DNA from: an uncultured Gammaproteobacteria bacterium
GTDB lineage: Bacteria > Pseudomonadota > Gammaproteobacteria > Magnimaribacterales > TMED112
Direction of reading: 5' to 3'
Assembly: GCA_913020145.1 (NCBI GenBank)
Contig: CAJWAI010000001.1
Coordinates: 1,130-65,129, forward strand
DNA length: 64,000 bases
Below the pieces are notes generated by a model. That model worked only from the letters and a program-made list of their open reading frames with translations, was not told the origin of the DNA and did not search any database. A program made the position numbers and the translations under genes. How positions within the stretch are numbered: position 1 is the first letter of the stretch; every line of letters starts with the position of its first letter. Positions 37,107 to 46,332 of this stretch are shown in pieces.

Positions 37107-37856
37107 ATGAGCGTCAAAGATAATGAAAAAGTCTATTTTGGTGATGAAAAAGTCTCCAAAGAGTCAAAAAAAGATGGTGTAGAGGGTATTTTTTCTAAAG
37201 TATCTGAAAACTATGATCTTATGAATGACTTAATGTCACTTGGAATGCATAGAATTTGGAAAAAGATCTTTGTGGATTCAGCCAATATAAAAGAAAATCA
37301 AATTATTCTTGATCTTGCTTCCGGCACTGGCGATATAGCCAAAAAAGTAGCTGGCAAAGTGTCTGGTAAAAGTATTTATGTCTGCGACCAAAATAATGAA
37401 ATGGTTGAAAAAGCGAAAGAGCGCTCCTTAAATGAAGGATTTTTTAATAAATGTAATTTTGATGTCAGTAGTGCTGAAAAACTTCCTTATGAAGATAGCT
37501 TTTTTGATCAAGCATTTATTTCTTTTGGTTTTAGAAATTTTTCTGATAAGAAAAAGGCTCTTAAAGAAATTAGAAGGGTATTAAAAGTTGGAGGCAATCT
37601 TCAAATTTTAGAATTTTCAAAAACCGAAGGCGATATATTTTCTAGAATTTATGATGCCTATAATTTTAATATAATCCCTAAAATTGGAGAGCTAATCTCA
37701 AATGATAGAGAAAGTTATGACTATCTTGTTAAATCTATAAAAACTCATGAGTCGCAAGAACAGATACTGACAATGATGAAGGATTGTGGTTTCAGCAATA
37801 CAGATTACAACAACTTATTCAAAGGTGTAGTAGCAATACATAAAGGAACTAAATGA
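37107..37856 (+). CDS. ubiE: Ubiquinone/menaquinone biosynthesis C-methyltransferase
   Basis: Motifs include YDLMNDLMSLGMHRIWK and LDLASGTGD. Confidence 0.93.
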   Translation: MSVKDNEKVYFGDEKVSKESKKDGVEGIFSKVSENYDLMNDLMSLGMHRIWKKIFVDSANIKENQIILDLASGTGDIAKKVAGKVSGKSIYVCDQNNEMVEKAKERSLNEGFFNKCNFDVSSAEKLPYEDSFFDQAFISFGFRNFSDKKKALKEIRRVLKVGGNLQILEFSKTEGDIFSRIYDAYNFNIIPKIGELISNDRESYDYLVKSIKTHESQEQILTMMKDCGFSNTDYNNLFKGVVAIHKGTK

Positions 37857-39241
37857 AGATCTTTAGACTTATACATATATTTCTGCGCCTTAGAAAATCC
37901 GGCATATTTTATTTATTTATCAATAATTTTAATCCCTTAGTTAAGCCTTTTAAAAAACCAGAAAATATTGAAAAAAATTTTAAAGAGACACTGGAAAGTT
38001 TAGGTCCGTTCTTTATTAAGCTTGGCCAATTAATTTCTACAAGAACTGACCTTATATCCCTAGAGCTTGCCAAAGAACTTAGAAACTTAACAGATAATTG
38101 TGCGCCTGTAGATTTCAATTATATACAAGATCAAATAAATGAAGGTTTAGGATCAAGAGCAAAAACAATTCTTGAAAATATTACTGAGGAGCCAGTTGCT
38201 TCTGCTTCACTTGCGCAAGTACATAGACTAACAATAAATGATAAAGATCTTGTAATTAAGGTTCAAAAGCCAGGCTTGTTAGATCTAATTGACAAAGATA
38301 TTAAGGCTCTACGATTAGGCATTAGTTTTTTGCGTTTTTCGTATAAGGGTTACCCAAGAGTAAATTTAAATGAACTGCTAAATAGTTATGAAAAAATAAT
38401 AAAAAATGAGCTGGATTTCCGTATTGAGGCTGCAAATGCTAAAAAAACATTTGAAAACTTCGATAATAATGAACTTTTATATATACCAAGGATAGAAGAC
38501 GAATTTACAACAAAAAAAATTCTTGTGATGGAATATATTGATGGAATTCCAATTACGGATGTAGAAGAACTTAAAAATTACAACTTAGATCTTAAAAAGT
38601 TATCTGAGAATGGAGTAAAAATATTTTTGAAACAGGTATTTGAAGACAATTTCTTTCATGCAGATATGCATCCAGGAAATATATTTGCTGCAAAGAACAA
38701 TCATGAGAGTCCATATTATTTTGCAGTAGATTATGCAATATGTGGCTCTATAACGGAATCTAATCAAATACTAATTGCACAAATGATTTCTTGTTTAGTT
38801 GAAAGAGATTTCTTTTCTTTGGCACAATTATTTATATATGCAGAGTGGGTTGCAGAAGATACAAAAACAGAAGAGCTTGAATCTGTATTAAGGGCCCATT
38901 GTGAACGTTTATTAGATAAGCCTTTATCGGAGATTCTTTTTGGTGAACTGCTTCTTAGTCTTTTTGATGCTATGAAGCCATTTAACTTATACCTTGATCA
39001 AGATCTGCTATTGCTAGTTAAAACATTAGTGCATATTGAAGGAATGGGCAGACAAATTTATCCAGAATTAGATTTCTGGTCAGTTTCAAAACCATTTATT
39101 GATAACTGGATCAGTGAAAAATATAGCGTAAAAGGTTTGATTAGGTATCTTGTAGCAAAAAAACATATACTTACATACATGATTTTAAAGAAAATTGAAG
39201 AAACTAAAGATCAATTTTCAGAAGATTTTGGAGAAAAGTAA
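37853..39241 (+). CDS. ubiB: Ubiquinone biosynthesis protein kinase-like UbiB (ABC1 family)
   Basis: Motifs include [26 protein letters not shown] and FHADMHPGN. It overlaps ubiE by 4 nt. Confidence 0.92.
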   Translation: MKIFRLIHIFLRLRKSGIFYLFINNFNPLVKPFKKPENIEKNFKETLESLGPFFIKLGQLISTRTDLISLELAKELRNLTDNCAPVDFNYIQDQINEGLGSRAKTILENITEEPVASASLAQVHRLTINDKDLVIKVQKPGLLDLIDKDIKALRLGISFLRFSYKGYPRVNLNELLNSYEKIIKNELDFRIEAANAKKTFENFDNNELLYIPRIEDEFTTKKILVMEYIDGIPITDVEELKNYNLDLKKLSENGVKIFLKQVFEDNFFHADMHPGNIFAAKNNHESPYYFAVDYAICGSITESNQILIAQMISCLVERDFFSLAQLFIYAEWVAEDTKTEELESVLRAHCERLLDKPLSEILFGELLLSLFDAMKPFNLYLDQDLLLLVKTLVHIEGMGRQIYPELDFWSVSKPFIDNWISEKYSVKGLIRYLVAKKHILTYMILKKIEETKDQFSEDFGEK

Positions 39242-39243
39242 TT

Positions 39244-39399
39244 ATGCCAGGTTGGGGACAAATATTAATTGTACTTTTAATTGTCTTGTTAGTTTTCGGG
39301 GCTAAGAGAATAAGAACATTAGGTTCTGATTTAGGAAAGTCATTAAAAGGTTTCAAAAAAGAAATGAAAGAAGACAATGATCCAGATAGGGATTCCTGA
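39244..39399 (+). CDS. tatA: Sec-independent translocase subunit TatA/E (51 aa; not in the ORF track)
   Basis: It translates to [51 protein letters not shown]. This is colinear with E. coli TatA (LLFGTKKLGSIGSDLGASIKGFKKAM). It starts 2 nt after the ubiB stop codon. Confidence 0.92.
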   Translation: MPGWGQILIVLLIVLLVFGAKRIRTLGSDLGKSLKGFKKEMKEDNDPDRDS

Positions 39400-39619
39400 G
39401 CTTCTAGTCTTAACTCTAGTTATTCTGTTTTCTGTTAAACCAGAAAATATTCAGCGTTATTTAAAAAGTTTTTTAAAAATTTTTGTACAAACGCAAGATA
39501 CATTGTCTACAACTAAGGAAGAGCTTAAAAAAGAGCTAAAAATCGAAGAGCTAAAACAAGATATCTTTAATGAAGAAAAAATGAAAGAATTTGCTAAAGA
39601 TGAAAATGAGCGAAGATAA
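39377..39619 (+). CDS. tatB: TatB-like translocase subunit (80 aa)
   Basis: [25 protein letters not shown] compares with E. coli [25 protein letters not shown]. An amphipathic, charged tail follows. It overlaps tatA by 23 nt. Confidence 0.7.
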   Translation: MIQIGIPELLVLTLVILFSVKPENIQRYLKSFLKIFVQTQDTLSTTKEELKKELKIEELKQDIFNEEKMKEFAKDENERR

Positions 39620-40307
39620 TCTTTTTTCACATTTCAGTGAATTACGATCTAGGGCAATTTACTGTTTAGTATTTTTTATCGTTGCTTTTGCATGCATATA
39701 TCCTTTCAATAGTTCCATATTTGATTTTCTGGTAGCACTATTAAGTGGTATTTCAGATATTGAGCTTATTGCAATAGAAGTTGCATCACCTTTTATCGTG
39801 CCTTTAAGATTAGCTGGATTTTTAGCTTTATTAGTCTCAATACCTTTCTTCTTATATCAAGCATTAGCATACATGGCTCCGGGTCTTTATAAGAATGAAA
39901 AGGGAATTATTTTCTCGCGCACAATTCTAGGGACTCTGCTGTTTTTTTTAGGACTACTTTTTTGTAGCTTTTTAGTACTGCCTAATGTGTTTAACTTCTT
40001 TCAGTCAGTGGGGCCTGAATCAATAAATATAACTACTGATGTATCAAAGTTCTTAAATTTTGTTTTGACCCTTATTTTAGCTTTCGGTTTTGCTTTTCAA
40101 ATTCCAATTTTAGTAAATGCTGCAGTAAGACTTAATATAGTAGAAAAAAATAAGTTAAAAAACTTAAGAGGTATATTCTTAATTGTTTGTTTTGTCTTTG
40201 GAGCTATTTTTACACCACCAGATGTCATTTCACAATTTATGTTAGCTGTTCCTATGTACATTCTTTTTGAACTGGGTTTATTATTTAGTAATGAAAAAAA
40301 AGCGTAA
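39606..40307 (+). CDS. tatC: Sec-independent translocase subunit TatC
   Basis: The trimmed start gives [19 protein letters not shown], which compares with E. coli LITHLIELRKRLL. The protein has 6 TM helices and the motif FTPPDVISQ. Confidence 0.92.
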   Translation: MSEDNLFSHFSELRSRAIYCLVFFIVAFACIYPFNSSIFDFLVALLSGISDIELIAIEVASPFIVPLRLAGFLALLVSIPFFLYQALAYMAPGLYKNEKGIIFSRTILGTLLFFLGLLFCSFLVLPNVFNFFQSVGPESINITTDVSKFLNFVLTLILAFGFAFQIPILVNAAVRLNIVEKNKLKNLRGIFLIVCFVFGAIFTPPDVISQFMLAVPMYILFELGLLFSNEKKA

Positions 40308-40407
40308 TCCTTTAGCTAAAGATCTCAAAACTCCAAAATATAGAACCCGCGTAAAGCCTGATAAAACGAAGTATTCCAGAAAAAATAAAAAAATAAAGAT
40401 TGATTAA
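40291..40407 (+). CDS. Candidate alternative ribosome-rescue factor ArfA-like basic peptide (38 aa; not in the ORF track)
   Basis: It translates to MKKKRNPLAKDLKTPKYRTRVKPDKTKYSRKNKKIKID. The core P-x-[FY]-R-x-R-V-x(4-8)-Y-x-R-K matches my recollection of E. coli ArfA ([25 protein letters not shown]). It overlaps the tatC 3' end by 17 nt in another frame. Confidence 0.45.
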   Translation: MKKKRNPLAKDLKTPKYRTRVKPDKTKYSRKNKKIKID

Positions 40408-40433
40408 AAATTAATCAGCTTACTGTAAATTTC

Positions 40434-40462
40434 TTGACAATTTATACTGAAACAAATATATT
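40434..40462 (+). promoter_or_regulatory. Near-consensus sigma-70 promoter
   Basis: The -35 TTGACA (40434-39) and the -10 TATATT (40457-62) are separated by a 17-nt spacer. The promoter lies 38 nt upstream of the ATG at 40500. Confidence 0.55.
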
Positions 40463-40466
40463 ACTT

Positions 40467-40488
40467 TTGTGTGACAATTGTGTGACAT
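40467..40488 (+). repeat. Tandem 11-bp-period direct repeat TTGTGTGACAA / TTGTGTGACAT in a 5' leader
   Basis: I read it directly from the sequence. The two copies are identical in 10 of 11 positions. The repeat sits between the putative -10 element and the ribosome-binding site of the 40500 gene. Confidence 0.8.
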
Positions 40489-40499
40489 TAGAAAGAGCA

Positions 40500-40871
40500 A
40501 TGAAATACATATATTTAATGATCTTATCTTTATTTACTTTAGGCCTATCATCTGAGGTAAGTAAATCCTCATTATTCGATGAGCTTGATGCAGTGACATT
40601 AATCGCAGATGATCGCTCTGTCTATTCAAGATGTCCGATCTCTTCTGCTGGATGTTTAACTGCTTCTGCTGATGGTAATCTTACTATTTATATCAAGGAG
40701 TCCTTATCTAGCTCTTATAAAGATGTTTCTTTATTTGGTTTGTTATTTGATGCTTTCCAATATCAAGAAAATGGTGATATTAGTAATTTAAAGACCTGTC
40801 GAATGAAATTAACTTATGCAAGATCTAATAAATATAGAGAAATTACTAATTTATTAAGAGATGAGTGTTAA
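40500..40871 (+). CDS. Hypothetical secreted protein with four cysteines (123 aa)
   Basis: I trimmed it to MKYIYLMILSLFTLGLSS, a signal peptide preceded by GAAAGAG. There are 4 Cys residues. I recognise no family. Confidence 0.55.
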   Translation: MKYIYLMILSLFTLGLSSEVSKSSLFDELDAVTLIADDRSVYSRCPISSAGCLTASADGNLTIYIKESLSSSYKDVSLFGLLFDAFQYQENGDISNLKTCRMKLTYARSNKYREITNLLRDEC

Positions 40872-40945
40872 GAAACAAATTAAAAAAGGCCAAAAAAAAT
40901 TAGCTAAGTTCTATCAAGGGCTTTTTAAGATCTTAAAGTTTTGAT

Positions 40946-40972
40946 TAATGCAGGAATACCTCACCTGCATTA
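40946..40972. terminator. Hairpin between convergent genes (weak intrinsic terminator candidate)
   Basis: TAATGCAGG (40946-54) pairs with CCTGCATTA (40964-72) around a 9-nt loop. There is no clear U-tract on either side. Confidence 0.35.
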
Positions 40973-40973
40973 G

Positions 40974-41726
40974 TTAATTAAATGTCAAACCCCCATCAAC
41001 AGTAAGATTTTGCCCTGTAATAGCACGAGAAGCATTTGAAGCAAAAAATACTACTGCATCTGCAAGATCTTTTACTGTAGTTACTTTCTGAAGGGGTGTC
41101 ATTTGAGCAATAGCTTCGAAAACTTCATCTGGAGTTGCTGCACTTGCATCAGTAACTTTTAAAAGTCCACCAGAAACCATATTTACTGTAATTCCATACT
41201 GTCCAAGGTCTTTAGCAAAGGTCCTCGTCAATGCTAAAAGACCTCCTTTGGCAATCGTGTAATCATGATAAGGAACTACTGGATTTTGAACTAAATTAGT
41301 TCCAATATTAATAACTCTGCCAAATTTTTCTTCTTTCATTTTGGGGACAAGAGCCTGTATTAAGTTAAGAGATCCTTTGATTGTTACATCAATATGATCT
41401 TGCATTTCTTTCCAACTTATCTCTTCTGCCTTTTTTCTTAAATCTCCATTAAAGACATACTTGGCCATAGCATTATTAATAAGCACGGCAGGATAAACAC
41501 CAAAGTGAGATTGTATCTCATCGCACATACCTAATACTTGGTCTGCATCCGTTATGTCTGCTTTAAATGATTTTGCAGAGTCTCCTAATCTAGCAGAGAG
41601 CTCTTCTGCTTTTTCTTTGCTGCTAGAATAGTTAATTGCAACTCTATAGCCAGAATCTATGAAGGATTCAGCTATAGATGCGCCTAATCCCCTTCCTGCT
41701 CCAGATACTAAAACTAATTTACTCAT
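40974..41726 (-). CDS. SDR-family oxidoreductase (FabG-like)
   Basis: Motifs include [12 protein letters not shown] and YTIAKGG. It overlaps the acs stop codon by 4 nt. Confidence 0.75.
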   Translation of the reverse strand: MSKLVLVSGAGRGLGASIAESFIDSGYRVAINYSSSKEKAEELSARLGDSAKSFKADITDADQVLGMCDEIQSHFGVYPAVLINNAMAKYVFNGDLRKKAEEISWKEMQDHIDVTIKGSLNLIQALVPKMKEEKFGRVINIGTNLVQNPVVPYHDYTIAKGGLLALTRTFAKDLGQYGITVNMVSGGLLKVTDASAATPDEVFEAIAQMTPLQKVTTVKDLADAVVFFASNASRAITGQNLTVDGGLTFN

Positions 41727-43633
41727 ACTTTACTCCTTATTAATTCATCAACAATATTTGGGTCAGCTAAGGTTGTAACATCGCCCAAATTTTCCGTATC
41801 ACTATTCGCTATCTTTCGTAAAATTCTTCTCATAATTTTTCCTGATCTTGTTTTAGGTAAGTCTCTAGTAAAATGTATAAAATCTGGTTTAGCAATTTTA
41901 CCGATAGCTTTTGTAACCTCATCAATAATTTCTATCTCTAGACTACTTATATCCTTATCTGTTTTTTTCAAAATTACATAGGCGTAAATTGCTTGTCCTT
42001 TAATTTCATGTTCAACACCAACAACTGCTGATTCAGCAACATCTGGATGATTTACGACAGCACTTTCCACCTCTGCTGTCCCAATTCTATGTCCTGATAC
42101 ATTTAAAACATCATCAACACGGCCTGTGACCCAATAGTAGCCATCTTTATCTCTTTTCGCTCCATCCCCAGTAAAGTATTTTCCTGGATATTGTGAAAAA
42201 TAAGTTTGCACCATCCTTTCATGATCTCCATAAACTGTACGAATTTGGCTTGGCCATGAATTATTTATACAAAGATTACCTTTTGCTTCGCCCAGCATTA
42301 CTTCACCATTCATATCAACAATCGATGGCTCCACACCAAAGAAAGGTAGAGTTGCTGAACCAGGTTTCTTCGGTGTTATTCCTGCAATAGGACTAATTAG
42401 AACTGAACCCGTTTCAGTTTGCCACCAAGTGTCTACTACCTCACAGTTAGATTTCCCAATCTTCTCAAAGTACCATTGCCAAACTTCTGGGTTTATTGGC
42501 TCTCCAACTGTACCAAGAACTTTTAAAGAATCACGTTTTGAATTTTCCAGATATTCTTCTCCTTTTGCAATCAATGCTCTTATTGCTGTTGGTGCTGTAT
42601 AGAAAATGTTGATTTCATGTTGATCACAGACTTCCCAAAATCTTGAGGGATCAGGATAAGTTGGTATTCCTTCAAACATAAGTGTCGTTGCACCATTCGA
42701 TAAAGGCCCATACAAAATATAAGTATGTCCAGTGATCCATCCAACATCGGCGGTACACCAGTATTTATCACCTTCTGAGTATCCAAAAATATACTTAAAA
42801 GTTAGAGTAGCCCCAAGAAGATAGCCAGCAGTAGTATGTAAAACACCTTTTGGTTTTCCTGTTGAGCCAGAAGTGTACAAAATAAATGAAGGGTCTTCTG
42901 CAGACATTTCTTCACATTCACAAAAATCTTCTTGATTATCTATTACCTTGTGATACCAAATATCAATCTCATCATTCCATGAAACTTTTGTCTCTGTATA
43001 TTTAAGAACTATACATTTTTTTACATTAGGGCAATCATTCAGTGCTTCATCAACACTATCTTTAAGAGGTATTTTCTTGCCTCCTCTTATACCTTCATTT
43101 GCAGTTATTACATACTGACAATCTGCATCTTGTATTCTAGATTTTATGGCCTCAGGAGAGAATCCGCCAAATACAACAGAATGAATTGCGCCGATACGTA
43201 TACATGCGAACATAGCATAGGCTGCCTGAGGCACCATTGGCATATAAATACAGACTCTATCCCCTTTAGAAATTCCAATTGACTTAAAACCATTTGCAAG
43301 TTTACAGACCTCATGATGCAGCTGTTTATAGGAAATATATTGATTGTTCTCTTTTTCATCTCCCTGCCAAATAATAGCGGTTTTATCTGGATGAGTTTTT
43401 GCATGTCTATCTATGCAGTTATAAGAAATATTTAATGTGCCATCTTCAAACCATTTTGGCTCAGATAGCGTGCCTGTAGAACTCATTGTTGGTTTTTTGA
43501 TCCAATCAATTTCTTCTAAAGCTTGTTTTAAAAAGAAATTATCAGGATCATTTATTGAATCTTTATATAGGGTCTCATATTCTGAATAATCTTTTAAATT
43601 TGGATTGATAAAGTTATCTATATCAAATTTCAT
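41723..43633 (-). CDS. acs: Acetyl-CoA synthetase
   Basis: Motifs include [19 protein letters not shown] and [18 protein letters not shown], with SGKIMRR at the C-terminus. Confidence 0.96.
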   Translation of the reverse strand: MKFDIDNFINPNLKDYSEYETLYKDSINDPDNFFLKQALEEIDWIKKPTMSSTGTLSEPKWFEDGTLNISYNCIDRHAKTHPDKTAIIWQGDEKENNQYISYKQLHHEVCKLANGFKSIGISKGDRVCIYMPMVPQAAYAMFACIRIGAIHSVVFGGFSPEAIKSRIQDADCQYVITANEGIRGGKKIPLKDSVDEALNDCPNVKKCIVLKYTETKVSWNDEIDIWYHKVIDNQEDFCECEEMSAEDPSFILYTSGSTGKPKGVLHTTAGYLLGATLTFKYIFGYSEGDKYWCTADVGWITGHTYILYGPLSNGATTLMFEGIPTYPDPSRFWEVCDQHEINIFYTAPTAIRALIAKGEEYLENSKRDSLKVLGTVGEPINPEVWQWYFEKIGKSNCEVVDTWWQTETGSVLISPIAGITPKKPGSATLPFFGVEPSIVDMNGEVMLGEAKGNLCINNSWPSQIRTVYGDHERMVQTYFSQYPGKYFTGDGAKRDKDGYYWVTGRVDDVLNVSGHRIGTAEVESAVVNHPDVAESAVVGVEHEIKGQAIYAYVILKKTDKDISSLEIEIIDEVTKAIGKIAKPDFIHFTRDLPKTRSGKIMRRILRKIANSDTENLGDVTTLADPNIVDELIRSKV

Positions 43634-44180
43634 TTTCTTTAATTTCAGAAATTAGTTCATCAATAGTGTTAACTACTATTAATTCTTTAGGTATTTGACT
43701 CAACATTCCAAAATCGACGCTTTTTTGTATCCAAGCAATTAGATCTGACCAATAATTGTCCTTGTTATAAAGATATAATTTTTTATTTATCACTCCTCCA
43801 CCTATTTCACTCATATGGAGATGAGTTAAAACATCAAAAAATTCGTCAGCTGTGCCAACTCCACCAGGAAGAACGACAATAAAATCAGAATAATCTATTA
43901 ATTTTTTCTTTCTGATATAAAGAGTGTCTTCTACTTCAAAATGATCGATATAATCCTGAGCTGTGAATCCTTGATCATGGAAAAGCTTAAGATTAACACC
44001 TTTTACTATTCCTCCGACTTCCTTATGCTTCTTAGAGATATAGCCCATCAAACCCCTATTGCCTCCACCGTAAACTATGCCAGCATTCGAATTTACTAAA
44101 AAATTACAAAATTTATCTATATCTTCTTTTATAGGGAATGTTGGTTCACTAGAAGAAAGAAATACGCCTGCAAATTTCAA
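43623..44180 (-). CDS. LOG-family nucleotide 5'-monophosphate nucleosidase (TIGR00730-type)
   Basis: Motifs include [11 protein letters not shown] and [11 protein letters not shown]. Confidence 0.85.
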   Translation of the reverse strand: MKFAGVFLSSSEPTFPIKEDIDKFCNFLVNSNAGIVYGGGNRGLMGYISKKHKEVGGIVKGVNLKLFHDQGFTAQDYIDHFEVEDTLYIRKKKLIDYSDFIVVLPGGVGTADEFFDVLTHLHMSEIGGGVINKKLYLYNKDNYWSDLIAWIQKSVDFGMLSQIPKELIVVNTIDELISEIKENEI

Positions 44181-44181
44181 A

Positions 44182-45195
44182 TTATTCCTCTAGCTCAGAT
44201 GACCACTTGCCTAAAGCAGCCAATTTATTCATTAAGGCCCTATGAGAAAATGCATCTTGAGCATTTTTCTCGTTTTCTACTTTTCCTAACCAAGTTTTTA
44301 AGGCTGCTTGTTGTAATGCTCTTCCATAAGAAAAAGTTAACTTCCAAGGGCCTCCTCCTAGCTTATTCATGATATCTAAATGATGGGTCGCTTTTATATC
44401 AGATTGACCACCTGAAAGAAAGGCAATGCCTGGAACATTTGCAGGCACATGCTCTTTCAAACATCCAAGTGTTAATTCTGCTACTTGATCTTCTGAAAGT
44501 TGTTTTGGATGATTAGAGCCGGCAGTTATCATATTCGGTTTCAATAATGTCCCTTCAATATTTACATTGTAATTGTCAAGAAAGGCAAAGAGTGATTTTA
44601 AAGACCTTGAAGTTGCATCTAGACAATCTTCAGCTGAATGCTCTCCATCCATTAAGACTTCTGGCTCAACAATAGGAACCATATTATTTTTTTGTGCAAT
44701 TTTTGCGTATTGAGCTAAAGCATCCATATTCGCATCAATGCATTCTTGTGAGGGAAGACCATTGCCAATATTTATGACAGCCCTCCACTTAGTAAATTTT
44801 GCACCCACTCTTTCATATTCAGAACATCTCTCATCTAGATCATCAAGCCCTTGTGTAAGTGTTTCAATATCTGAGTTGTTGAATGGCTTTAAGCCCTTAT
44901 CAACCTTAATTCCTGGCAAAGCTCCCTGTTCTAAAATAACCTCTGTTAATTGTTTTCCATTTCTAGCCTTTTGTCTTAAAGTTTCGTCAAAAAGTATTGT
45001 TCCACCTATATTTTCTCTCATACCCTCAGCAGTAAATAATGTCTCTCTATAATTTCTTCTATTTTCTTCTGTAGATTCAACACCAATAGAATCAAATCTT
45101 TTTGTACAAGTTGGATTACTTTCATCGGCGGCAAGAATGCCTTTTCCATCAGAAACTATATATCTTGCTATGTCACTTGGACCAGAAAAATTCAT
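44182..45195 (-). CDS. fba: Fructose-bisphosphate aldolase, class I (eukaryotic type)
   Basis: Motifs include ILAADES, LLKPNM (Schiff-base Lys region), FLSGGQ and FSYGRALQ. Confidence 0.92.
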   Translation of the reverse strand: MNFSGPSDIARYIVSDGKGILAADESNPTCTKRFDSIGVESTEENRRNYRETLFTAEGMRENIGGTILFDETLRQKARNGKQLTEVILEQGALPGIKVDKGLKPFNNSDIETLTQGLDDLDERCSEYERVGAKFTKWRAVINIGNGLPSQECIDANMDALAQYAKIAQKNNMVPIVEPEVLMDGEHSAEDCLDATSRSLKSLFAFLDNYNVNIEGTLLKPNMITAGSNHPKQLSEDQVAELTLGCLKEHVPANVPGIAFLSGGQSDIKATHHLDIMNKLGGGPWKLTFSYGRALQQAALKTWLGKVENEKNAQDAFSHRALMNKLAALGKWSSELEE

Positions 45196-45210
45196 ACTTA
45201 TATTTTAGCT

Positions 45211-46332
45211 TTATTTTGTCTTTAACGCTTCAATGGCTGGAAGTAAATCTCCGCCTAGATAGGATAAAAAAGCACCACCAGCAGTTGATACATAATCAAA
45301 ATTTTTAATGTCAGAGAATTTTTTAATTGCAAAAATAGTTTCGCCTCCACCAGCAATAACTTTACTACTTGTATATTCAAGATAGCTTATTAATTTCTTT
45401 GTGCCATTTGAAAATTTATCATGCTCAAACATACCTAAAGGACCATTCCATATCGTCATCTCACTTAAGAGCTTATCCATCTCTGTAATGTTGAACTCTA
45501 TATCTAGTATCATCGTGTCTTTATGGACATCTTCAACTGGGACTAGTATTGCTTCGCCCACTTCTGATGATTCTGCTATATAAACATTTTCAGGTATTAT
45601 AATCTTGCCAGTTTTGAGCATTTTTTCAGCCATATCAAGCATATTATCTTCTACAAGCGATTTACCAATTTCATAGCCCATTGCTTTCAAAAAAGTATTG
45701 GCTATGCCTCCTCCAACTAATACTTTTTGTGATTTTTCTAGAAGATTTTCCAATACCTTTATTTTTGTTGATATTTTCGAGCCCCCAACAATACTATTGA
45801 GTGTTGAACTTTCTTTTAAAGCTTGATCAATTTTTGTTATCTCGTAAGAAAATAACATACCCATACAAACATTTTTAGATTTTTTTATTGCTCCATATGT
45901 TGAAGCAGACCTTCTATGTGCTGTCGCAAACGCATCCATCACATAAAGATCAAAAGTATTAGCTATTTTTTCAGCTAAATCTTCGTGATTTTCTTTTTCG
46001 CCACTAAAAAATCTAATATTCTCAAAAAATGATAAGCCTTCAGGAACTGAGTCTAAATCATTAATAAGCGGAATTTCTTTCTCCATTCTTTCTTCAAACC
46101 ATTCTTTTATTGGTAAAAGTGATAGTTCTTGATCGAAACTTCCTTCTGTTGGCCTTCCAAGATGACTGATAACACATAAATTACTAGTTTTTTCGAGAAT
46201 ATTAATTATTGATGGTAAGGCTGCATTTAACTTTTCATGATCTAAAATTTTGCCTGCACTTATTGGTACATTTAAGTCTAGCCTTATCCCGACTTTTTTA
46301 TTATTTAAATCAATTTCTGACAAAGCTTTCAT
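45211..46332 (-). CDS. pgk: Phosphoglycerate kinase
   Basis: Motifs include RLDLNVP, SHLGRP, GGGIANTF and STAGGAFL. Confidence 0.94.
   Translation of the reverse strand: MKALSEIDLNNKKVGIRLDLNVPISAGKILDHEKLNAALPSIINILEKTSNLCVISHLGRPTEGSFDQELSLLPIKEWFEERMEKEIPLINDLDSVPEGLSFFENIRFFSGEKENHEDLAEKIANTFDLYVMDAFATAHRRSASTYGAIKKSKNVCMGMLFSYEITKIDQALKESSTLNSIVGGSKISTKIKVLENLLEKSQKVLVGGGIANTFLKAMGYEIGKSLVEDNMLDMAEKMLKTGKIIIPENVYIAESSEVGEAILVPVEDVHKDTMILDIEFNITEMDKLLSEMTIWNGPLGMFEHDKFSNGTKKLISYLEYTSSKVIAGGGETIFAIKKFSDIKNFDYVSTAGGAFLSYLGGDLLPAIEALKTK

Noticed and set aside
40434-40499. A 22-codon N-terminal extension of the 145-aa ORF (MTIYTETNILLLCDNCVTLERA)
   Set aside because: It would begin within the -35 hexamer of the predicted promoter. 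The internal Met gives a clean signal peptide preceded by a purine-rich RBS.
40924-40937. A perfect 14-bp palindrome TTTAAGATCTTAAA between convergent genes
   Set aside because: It is AT-rich and has no loop, so it cannot be a stable RNA hairpin. It is a single copy as far as I can see and could easily be chance. It is noted only as a possible operator if a matching site turns up elsewhere.
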